Source: Klebsormidium nitens | Taxonomy: Eukaryota > Plantae > Klebsormidiophyceae | NCBI GenBank assembly: GCA_000708835.1 | Contig: DF237038.1 | Span: 82,901-146,900 of the forward strand | Length of the DNA: 64,000 nt | Reading direction: 5' to 3' | Shown here: positions 43,974 to 54,100 of the stretch, one piece after another | Position numbering within the stretch: the stretch's first letter is position 1 | How the letters are laid out: each line of letters opens with the position of its first letter | Program-made: the position numbers and the translations under genes | Notes under the pieces: generated by a model | The model's input: the letters and a program-made list of their open reading frames with translations, nothing else | What the model was told of the DNA's origin: nothing | The model's database searches: none

Positions 43974-46900
43974 ATGACACTGAAAGGGGGGACTGCACTT
44001 CAGGTGCTTTTGTTGTGCGTTGCTTTTTGGGGCGCTTTGGTCAGAGCGACTCCAGTAGAGCGGTGCAGTGGAGACAGCGGGGCTCAGCTATTTGCAGAGG
44101 TGAGGGCTGGGAATGGGATTGCTCCGAAGAACCGAGTCTTGCTAAACACCAAGCCCTGTTGAAGTGTGTATGCTTGTACCACGAAGTGAGTGGTGGTTGT
44201 CAAAAAGGACAGTAAGATCTACTAGCTGCCCCGAGAAAGCTTTAGAAAGTGGTCTGAAAAGGACATGGCAAAAGGCCTCGTCGATAGGGAAGGAGACTAA
44301 TGGAAGGTTCCCCGAAGAAAGTTAGGCCGATCTCTCGCCGTTTAAAGGACAACTGAAGCGTTCAGGCGCCAGAAAGGCTTTGATTCCAAGTCACAAAGGC
44401 CCGTTCTTTGATACTGATTCATTCATAGTGCGCAATACGTTGTGCTAGATGGCAGCATGGGCTATTCTTTGCATTCTGTTATCAAATGGGAAAATGCTGA
44501 ACAGCACTCACAAGCGCTAGAAGCAAGCCCCAAACTTGCTCTGATCAGCTGCCCTTGGCAAAGCAAGCTGTAAAGACTGCATGGGCGCCCGCATCTATTT
44601 AGTCACTTACTGAGGCCCTGTATTTTTACAGGTTGGAGGGATTGACAGGGACTCGCAAGTGTCGCACAGCCCTCCCACAGGGCTCTCCGTCTGCTCGAAC
44701 CACAGCAGTCCAGATTTTTTGGCAAATAGCTGCCCTTATGATGCGAGCGCAAATGCAGAGGGAGGAAAAGTAATGCAGAATCCCAAAAGGAGTGATTCAT
44801 TAGATGAGGGCGCCTTGCCGCAGGAGGAGAGCAGAATGATCGTAGGAGAGGTGAGGTTAACTCCTGGGACTTACCTGCTGAATTCTGTACTTTTTGGAGG
44901 CAGCTTTTGGATATTGTTGTGCCCCGCGATAATTTAATCTTGTGTAAGGAGATTGGGGAATGAGCGACTATGGCTCTTGAGGCTTCAGGATGCCCATGCA
45001 ACGTCGGCTCAACGTAGAGATTCGAAACGCAACAACAACAGGCCGAGCAACCTTGACACCCGCTTCCTGAAAGTCAGTCCTTTGACCTGCTTTCATTGAA
45101 CATGCAAATCAGTCACCAGAGGTTAATCTACATTTTCGTAACTTGTTGACGTGATGCTGGGATGGCCAGGAGCATAAATATGGTAATTTCCAGAGTTAGT
45201 TTCAGTAGCAAAGTTTCATTTTAAAGTCTTCTCTGGAACTATGGGATGTTGTGATTTTGAAAGGAAATGCCCTCCTCCCATGGAGGAAACCAGAAAAACG
45301 AGAAAGAAAAATGACTTTTTTTATTAATCGGATTCTTTTGATCTTGCAGGCGATTCGAGAACTGGGCGACGGCCGATGGGGCAAGGTCTACGAGGCTGAG
45401 GTCAGCGGAGTTGGGCGAGCCGCCGTGAAGCTCCTGAGTGACGCCATGATAGAGATGGAAAATGATCTCGAGATGAGCTACCAAGACTTTCGGACTGAGG
45501 TATGCAAGGACTCATATGCTCCCGTTTTTCATTTTAGATTGACCCCTCTCCTCAGTTGAAGACCACTTTCCTGACCCTTTTAACCGCAAACTCAAGAGCT
45601 AGAAGCCTTTCAATGAAACAAAAAGCCGCAGTGCTCGGTATATCTTTGTATTGCTCTAAAACCTCCAACGCACCCTCATGCTCGACTTCGAGTACGTTGT
45701 TGTTAAGCTTATCAAATGTTCAGAAGAATGCAATCCCTTGTTTCTGATTACTGTACGCTCAATCCAGCAGACGTCACCAAGCGCATATTTTCTCTTTACA
45801 CAGCTCCGTTTGACGGACTCTTGCTCTTAAGCACCACTCTAGAAGTGTCCCAACAAACGCCGTTTGAGTCTGTCATAAAAAGCTTTTATTCCGCGTTTAG
45901 CGCTTGGCAGCGGCGGCAAAAGCAATGCCTGCTTCCCATTATCTCCTTTTTCCGTTTCCACAACGGACCATTCTCAGCTTTCCCGCAGGCTGAGCGCTGA
46001 AAGGGGTGTCGCTCAGACTCCCTTTCCTTGAAGAAACACTTCCCCTGCAACAATCAGTGGTTTTCGCAGACCAGCAACAGCCGCCATGTTGGCTACTCAC
46101 TCTCACTGACACCATTATTTCTTTTTCTACTTATCTGCAGGCCGAGCTCCAGCAGCGGTGTCAACATCCGAACGTCGTCAAAGTGTTTGGGCTGGCCCCG
46201 TTCCCCTCGTGGGGAAACGCCACGTCACGCAGCTGGGGCCGTCCCGACGGTGCAGTCGTCATGGAGTTCATAATAGACGCGCAAGAGTTGAAGGATATGT
46301 TGGAGCAACTGAGGTAAGCGCGCGCCTTCTCCGGGGTTCCTTCGCTTTTATCTACGTTTAATCTGCAAGTCCTCCATTCCTATTTCGTCTTTCCTTCTCG
46401 TTTCCAGCAGTCTTCGTTCGGTATCGCCTCAGTTCGAATTAACAAAACGGGGTCAATCGGAAATTCGCAAAAGTTTCTAAAATGTCGGTGGAAGTAACGA
46501 AAGCGCGGCCTCTTGCGGATTCGTCTGCTTTCATTCCTTCCTTTACAACTTCTCCCAGTCTCCTACTGATCGGCAATCTCTGATCTGCAACTCTTCAACG
46601 GGCACTCGATTTGGAGCTCAAAGAATCAGCAAGAGCTCCTTTTATCCTGCTCCGCTCAAACTTCTGTCTTGGGAGCCGAAGCAACGATGGAATCCCGCTC
46701 AATCTTCGGGCGAGCGACGTCGGAGCTTCTCTAACCCTGTTCCGCTCAACCTCTGTATTGGCAGCGGAAGCAACGGCAAATTCGGCTCGATTTCCGGCCG
46801 ACCAGCGTGCGGAACATCCAAGCTCTTCTCATACCGTTCCGCTCCATCCTTTGTTTGTGGCGGAATTTCGCCTGCCGTTCGGGCGAGCAGCGTGCGGGAC

Positions 46901-49303
46901 GTCCGAACTCCTCAAACCCTGTTCCGCTCACCCCTTTGTTGCAGCGAAAGCGACGGCGGAATTCCGCTCGACTTCCGGGTGAGCTGCGCGCTGGACGTGG
47001 CACGTGGCCTGGCGCACGTGCACGCGCAGGGGGTCATCCACTTCGACGTCAAACCGGAAAACATTCTGGTGGACCGGCGAGGCAGCTGCAGGGTGGGTTA
47101 GCAAACTCCCCCGCTTAACCCACTTTTTCTGGCAGTTTCTGAAATTCGTTTCCCATTTGGTCGCATGGGTTGTCGGCTAACCACTCTTTAGAACAACGTC
47201 GAATACGTGTGCTTTAGGAAGTCCCATGCCGAGGTTGGTTCAATAACTGTCCTGGCAAAAGCTAGGGTTTAAAGCGATTTTGTTGAACGGCAAGGGCGAT
47301 GCAGGATCGGTTGACAAAAGTTCTCGGTTGAAATAATGATTGGTGTCTATGAAGCTCGAATCAGCCGGCCGACAGGTAAATCTCAAAAATGACGGTGAAA
47401 AGGCTCTCGTGGACCAACAATCCGGATATAAGCAGCCGAAGTCTCCTGTAAGCAGCCGCAATCTTACATAAGCAGCTGCAACCTTGTGAAAGCAGCCCAA
47501 ATCTGCATAGAAGCAGCCCTCGGCTTATATACGCAGCCGTAGTCTGACATAAGCAGCAGCGATTCCGTGTATATATGCTGACCGGCGGATCGTTCTCTGC
47601 GCAGTTGAGCGACTTCGGAGTGGCGTGGGATCCCAAGGGGGCGCCCATACGCTATAAGGGCAGGGGAAGCATAGCGTATATGGCCCCGGAGCTCATGCTC
47701 AGCAATAAGCCGGCGAACACCAAGGTAAGAGCCTGGATCGTGTGCGAGCTTTTACAAAGGGGAGACAACCCGAATTCCTTATCGTCCTGCATTCTTTCTC
47801 GGATAGAGCTTCGTGATTGAAATGCGGTCTGCTATTGTAAAGTCGATTACAGCAATTTCCTGCTTTCTTCCAGTAAGTCGAACTGGAGGTGCTTTGCTGA
47901 CCGGATAGTTTAGGCGTGAGATAAGCAGAGGAAACTGAACGAGAAGTAAAAAGGTTAACAGAGAAGCCTAGGCCACTTTCGTATCCCGCCTCCATGACCT
48001 CATTGTAAATTTAATTCCAAACCTGAATGCTTCATGACGGACGACGATGCGTTGGACGCATGACACGTGTCACCGTTTCCTTGTGCCAGGTGGACGTGTA
48101 CTCTTTTGGAATCCTCATGTGGAAGCTGCTGATCGGGACGGACCCTCACGACGGGATGGACTATGAAGAGATCAAAGGTGGGTGTCGTGTGCTCAAAGCC
48201 CAGTATTTGCAGATCTGCGGACGTCAGGAGAGAACCTTTTCATCGAATTTGTGATTTGTGCAACCTTTTCGTAAGGAAAGAGGGGTTAGGTTCGGGTCCA
48301 AAGCTCCTTTGGACTCGTCCGATGGTTTGAGCTGAGCAAGGGGTGCTTATCTCAACCGACTGAAAAGAGGATCCCTCGGGCCGTTTCTGACCGTCCCTCA
48401 ATTGAATTCTACTGTTCGAAAGCGCATTGGTCGAGAAGTCCCCTCGAACGAAACATGTCCTAAGACTGCTTCAGAAGCGTTCGAAAAGGTTGAACCCAAG
48501 AAACCCATAATAATCCGAGATAATATTGAGGTAACCGCATTGGGACGGGTAGAGATCGTCTGGTAGTTAGGGTGGGTGCGGAGCAGGTACCCTTTGGGTT
48601 AGGGTTTTTATATCAATCGGACCTTATCATTATCTTGACTCATTATTATCCTTCTTGAGTTTTGAGTCGAAAAGTCCTGTAAAGCATGGCTTGTAGCTGA
48701 GAAGGGAGTTTTTTGAAGTTGATCCTGTTGGCCAAACAGCGCCATAAGCCACGTAGGGCGACTGCGTATAGTGTCGGTTGGGCCAAATACGGGGGCCGGA
48801 CGGTCGCTTCTTATCAGAAGAAAACGCTGAAACAGGTGGTTGTTGCCAAGGCATGCTGCCACGTTTCCATTCAAACCCACTCTTTTGAACTCTTCTTAAC
48901 ACGCTATTTTGGGTCACAGTCTCGAATTCGCTGTTCCGGACTCCTGTTGACAACACATTTTCCTGGCTCTTCATTCAAGACTGCTTTGGACCCCTGTTTC
49001 AAAATAGTACCTTTTCGAGCTGTCTCGAACTCAACTCTCTCGGTCCCCACTTGCTTTGGGGTGCACTGTTTCGGACACATTGGTTCGAACAAACTATCTC
49101 GGACACACTGTTGCGGACTCACTGTTCCGGACGCCACCGCTGCAGCCACCGTCCAGAGGAAGGAGCGGCCGCCAATCGACGCCGCGTGGGCACGGCGCGA
49201 GCCCGCATGGCACGAGCTGATGACGCAGTGCTGGCGTCAGCCGCCTCATGCGCGGCCGGCCATGTCGTGGGTCGTTAAGTCCCTGGAGAAGATGCTGGAA
49301 TGA
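43974..49303 (+). CDS. Non-RD TKL-type protein kinase with an N-terminal signal-peptide-like segment
   Basis: Exons 43974-44099 (MTLKGGTALQVLLLCVAFWGALVRA), 44632-44850, 45350-45499 (LGDGRWGKVY..AAVK), 46141-46313 (HPNVVKVFG..VMEF), 46945-47092 (HFDVKPENILV), 47605-47724 (SDFG..GSIAYMAPE), 48090-48177 (DVYSFGILMW), 49146-49303. All are phase-consistent. The first two exons are less certain. Confidence 0.85.
46670..46920 (+). repeat. Three echoes of the ESDGGIPLDFRV exon head (period about 90 bp)
   Basis: gaagcaacgatggaatcccgctcaatcttcgggcgag, ggcag|cggaagcaacggcaaattcggctcgatttccgg and ggcggaatttcgcctgccgttcgggcgag, versus the real gcag|cgaaagcgacggcggaattccgctcgacttccgggtgag at 46945. Confidence 0.8.
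47445..47570. repeat. About 20-bp minisatellite (taagcagcc core, about 7 copies) just upstream of an acceptor
   Basis: ataagcagccgaagtctcctg/taagcagccgcaatcttaca/taagcagctgcaaccttgtg/... Confidence 0.8.
48497..48657 (-). mobile_element. Hairpin element copy 3 (core in reverse orientation, third arm sequence), inside a kinase intron
   Basis: Reverse-complement core: taaaaaccctaaccc..acctgctccgcaccc-accctaac..ctacccgtccc. Degenerate arms caagaaacccataataatccgagataatattgagg and ccttatcattatcttgactcattattatccttcttg. Confidence 0.7.
48900..49140. repeat. 14-bp minisatellite running into the last acceptor of the kinase gene
   Basis: actgtttcggacac/attggttcgaacaa/actatctcggacac/actgttgcggactc/actgttccggacgc, then cgctgcag|. 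Confidence 0.75.
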
Positions 49304-49679
49304 ACATTTTCTGAAAGAAGTTCCGCTCGGAAAGAGTGGTGTCGTTGAGGAGTTCGCCAGTAGAGATGCCTAGCTCTCTATGCAGGGCGGACCTTTGCGC
49401 TGGCCTCGTGTTGTAAAGAACTTTAGCAAGACATTAAAAGTATTGTCAATGGGGTATGCCAAGGTCAGAAAACATGGTTGGTGACACCCGGAAAAGCGAT
49501 TGGAGGACGTGACAAGGGCCGGGTTAGCTGATTGTGTCGGCCAGGCAAGAGACGTCATCAAAATACCCTCCAGCATTTGTTGATGATATATGTTAGCAGG
49601 AACTTGAGACTGAGTAACGGTCCGACTGAACCGACGGTCGTGCAGTCAGTAACAGGCTGGGGCGCAGCAAAGCTTGAAG

Positions 49680-50110
49680 CGCGGCATGCTTTCGCTAAAC
49701 GAAGTGCCAGAATCAATGATGTCCCATGGCATATGCCGCGTGCCACGGCGATGATGCAGATCATAAGCAATTCAATGCATGCCAGCTGTCATGATGCATG
49801 TGGGCGGCCACATGTATATTCACGAGTTGCACCGGTAGATCATGCGCAAGCTCACATGATGGAATTTGATTGTCTCACCGTCCGACGAGCGGAGCCCGTA
49901 TACGGACCAGAAATGGCGGCCAATGATGGGTCTCAGAAGCTTGAGCTCAGGCATCATGATATTGGCCAGGCCGGCCTGGGTCCGCAATTTCATGATGTGA
50001 TGTATGTATGGCCTCCGCCGGCGCGCCACACATATGCACACATTTGCGAGCTCCGGGGGGGCTTGAACTATTGCTCGCAACCACGTTCCGGACACGTTTT
50101 CATGCTTGCT
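49680..50110. other. CATG-rich island between two convergent genes
   Basis: Dense catg, atgcat and catatg words. The 209-aa ORF over it has no recognisable motif. Confidence 0.45.
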
Positions 50111-51162
50111 GTACTTACTAGCAGCTGGCCCTGGCATTCAGTCAACTCTGTCCCTAGATAATTCATCTGTACGAAGTGGTTCCGGCACTGTTGGCAATGC
50201 AAAGTTCTGTTATCGGACAAGACCTGGCTTTGTTTAGTAGCGGAGCCGTCTAATCCAGGGTTCCTTCTACAGAATTTTGTCATGTTCACCGCCTTCGCCC
50301 GTTACTAATCTCAAGCTGGCGCCTATGTCTACCAAAGAGGCCGAATATCTACGGTACAATCAAAACTTGGCCGTTGCTACCTCATCCGCTCCAGTGCCCT
50401 GATTCGTTGGGTTTCCTAAACTGCTACGTTAAGCGGCCTCGTCCAGTCCTTACTTTACATCGTTGATAAATAAATTGAAAAATACACAGAACGTAGGTGA
50501 GAGGGACAAGTTCCCACGGACAGACTACGAGGTATGAGTAGCATGTTGCAGCTGCTGTGGGTTTCGCGACACACTCCTGTAAAATGATCTCTCCGTGCCC
50601 TCTCTAGTCAGAGATTGGCCTTCGCTCGTCCGTTCTGGTAAGCGAATCCCATAACTGAGGCTAGGTGCGGTGGTAACTGCCGACGAAGGTCCGCGGCAGG
50701 GATGTGTGGCAAGATGCGGGTGCGGGCGTCAGCAAGAGCTCGCGTGTACTCGTCAGCGTCCGAAAGCGCCGCTGCAATGGGAGAAAAAAGAATGAGTCAA
50801 GTACATTTTCGCGGAAAGGGCTTGCGGCGAGTGGGTCAGGAATTATTGCCCTGCAGGCCCGGAGATGACACACAAATAATTGGCCCCACAGAGCGGTCTA
50901 AAGCTACGAGCGGATCCTGTACCAAATGTAGAGTCGGCCTGAAGTACTTTGAAGACCCTGTCGAGAGAATAGGAGAAACGACCTCAATTTGTATACTGCA
51001 ACGCAACGAGCCACAAGAACCGTCTGGAGGCGTCCAAGTGATTGCGATTAGAACGGCACAAGCCGCTCGCTTGTTGACAGAAGTTTCCTCTCCTTGGTGC
51101 TTGGCTTACATTGGATGCATTTCAACGTTGCCCTTCCCCGACTTTCGATGAGATCCGAAGTG

Positions 51163-54100
51163 TTACCGAGTACCGTATCTCCAACCACTTCGCGGCGCAA
51201 GAAAGAGCAAAACTATGCCTCTGGGGCGTACCTCCATCTCACAGTTCTTAAAAAGAGACAAGCGGTGGCTCTCACTAGCTCGAAACGGTGGCTCACCCGG
51301 ATTACGCAGCAGAAGCAGCACTTGGGTCACATTGTTCAGCAGCTCAAACGGACGGTTGATCCGGACGTCCCGACAGGCATCGGTCCAAGTCGCCAGACCA
51401 CCTTGCTCCTGCGAACCAGGTTCCGGAGCGGCTTCTCGCTCTGATGACGTGGCAAGATCAGCGCGCGCCGTCTGGCACGGGATGTGGTCATCACCGCAGT
51501 GGCCCTCCGAAACTGAGCCAGGCCGTGGGCTAACGGATGCAGACGTTCCGGCCACCACAGTGGGTTCCGAAGGAAGGGAACTCCGCTTTGATTCCCCGGC
51601 AACAGGGGCCGAAACTCGGCCGGAATCGTACTCCGGTCTCGCGAGGCTGCTGCGGCTGGCTACTTGCGCAGCCGATGCAGTCGAAAGCGGGACCCCGGAA
51701 CAGCTTCCCGGGAGGTCCCGGCAGGCTGGCTGGCGGTACGGCGTGAAGTCGCTGGTTGAGACCCGCGTCGCCTCAGAGAGCTCGCGCCGATGCCCGGGGA
51801 TACTCAACCGAGCGCCTGTTCGTCGCACGGTCTCAGGTTCCCGTCTCGATTTGTTCCCGGGAGGAGCAGGCCCAGGGAACCGGGGAACGGGGGGAATGCT
51901 CGACAACCGGCGGGGCGTGGGGCGCAGGACCGGCACGGGCGGTTTTCTGGAGGGCAGTGTGAACGTGGGCTGAAGACGGGCCGGTAAGAAGGGCTCGAAC
52001 GGGTTGTATGTGAGAGTCGGGCTCGCCAGGGGCTGCCCCGGTTGGTGGGAGGCGCCCGGGGGAAGGCTCAATCGGGGCGGTTTTGCGGATCCCGAGGGGG
52101 GAAGGCTTAACCGGGGCGGTTTTGCGCATTCCGAAGGGGGGCCGCTCATTCTGGGAGGTTTTCCGGACCCGGAGGAAAGGTTTTGACTCGACGAAGACTG
52201 CGCAAGCGGTACAGGTCTCCGGAAAGCGCTCGCGGGTGCGGACGGACGCTGCCGGGGGGGGAGGGGCACCGGGGAGAGGGGCGGTCGGCCGCTGTGAGAG
52301 GGCTTCTCTCTAGAGTCCTCTTCACAGATCTTAAATCCCGAGCGCGTCAGAAATGCGTCGGCGAAGTCGTCCGAGGGGAGCCGTACGGGACGGCTGCCAC
52401 GTGGCAGCTCNNNNNNNNNNNNNNNNNNNNNNNNNNNNNNNNNNNNNNNNNNNNNNNNNNNNNNNNNNNNNNNNNNNNNNNNNNNNNNNNNNNNNNNNNN
52501 NNNNNNNNNNNNNNNNNNNNNNNNNNNNNNNNNNNNNNNNNNNNNNNNNNNNNNNNNNNNNNNNNNNNNNNNNNNNNNNNNNNNNNNNNNNNNNNNNNNN
52601 NNNNNNNNNNNNNNNNNNNNNNNNNNNNNNNNNNNNNNNNNNNNNNNNNNNNNNNNNNNNNNNNNNNNNNNNNNNNNNNNNNNNNNNNNNNNNNNNNNNN
52701 NNNNNNNNNNNNNNNNNNNNNNNNNNNNNNNNNNGGGACGGCTGCCACGTGGCAGCTCGACGGAGCGTCGCTTCGGGGGGGGCTCATTTGGGGAGGCCGT
52801 TGGCTGGGAGCTTTGACGGGGCGTAGAGAGGGAGTCGTCGCTTTTCCGCTTTCGGTACTGAACCGTGCGAGTGGTTGTAGAAACACCTGCCAAAGAGGAT
52901 GATGATTGAGAACAATGCCTGAAACCAGCTGCCAATGTCTATAAAGATCATTCAGAAAGCCTTGTAAGAGGGCGCTCCTATTCACGACTTTGGTTGCCGA
53001 TCCGATTGTCTCTATGAATTTAACATCAGCCCGTTAAACCATCCTGTAGACTGGACGATCTGCAGACTGCAGGCACCGTTGATGTGTCCCTTTGATGGAC
53101 CGCAGAAGAACCAGCATGCACGGGCAGCTTTTCTGGTTTCAGCAATCACTCGCCCCTCCATACCTTGCCCGGGGTAGCCGCAGGACGCAAACCAGAAGTG
53201 CAAAGGATGAGGCTCGCGAGAAAGTAAGGTGCACAAACCTGGAAACTCCCCTAGCCGCTCTTGCAAGCCTGGGATACCCAGCCACAGGTACGCAGGTCCC
53301 TGCGAGGCTTGGAACTTGACGACCAGGTGCAGGCAAGAGAGGATGTTTGCCACGTCATACAGCCGTCGTCGGATCGCTGATAAGATGAAAAGATAGTCAG
53401 GGTTTGACGATGGAGGTGTGTGCAACTTTTGGATTTGCATCAGAAGATAAACTTTTGATGCCAAAAGTATCCTGGTCAATTTCTTTCGGCGCAACATTCT
53501 TGTTGAACGTCTCAGAGGCACTCTGTGAGGAGCTAAGCGCGGTTGCCGCATAACTCACATTGAACACCGTCGTTTAAGCCTCCCAAAACGGCGGAAACCG
53601 CCTTGTTGAGGAGAATGACCTGCCCCTGCATTTACAGAGGCGAAACTCGCTTCCATCATTCCTTACCGGCAAGAAACAACATCAAGACTTTCACCTGAAT
53701 GAATGCAGTAGCTTGATAAGGCTATACTGTAGACTGTAACACAGGCGCAATCTCCTTCCAAGCGGCGGTACTTCGCGAAAGGTGCTGAGGAGCATAGGAC
53801 CGGAAGATCCAAGACTTCAAGGCTACGAAGCAGAGGCCGACTCACCTGATCCGCAAGAAAGACTCGCACGAACTCCTCGCTCAGAACCTTCAGCGACTTA
53901 AAGAGCCGCGTATCTGCAGAATTTGAGATTTGTCAACTGCCCTTCTTTTTGGAACTTCCAAGCAATACCTTCATGAAGATATGGGGCAATAAAGCTCTTG
54001 ATAAAAAACTAGTCAAGGCAAAGTGGGGAACCTTGATGAATATAGCGTCTTTAAAAGCTGTCCCTCACCTCTGCGTGGCGCCTCCGTCGCTGAGGCTTCT

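Noticed and set aside
47445-47570. Regular taagcagcc repeats resembling a CRISPR array
   Set aside because: The period is only about 20 bp with related, non-unique spacers. The context is a eukaryotic intron with no cas genes, so this is a minisatellite.
48595-48612. ttagggtttta as an interstitial telomere
   Set aside because: It is only one or two units and is part of the hairpin-element core, not an array.
49532-50161. 209-aa plus-strand ORF
   Set aside because: It is H/M/A-rich because of the CATG-biased composition. There are no motifs or splice support.
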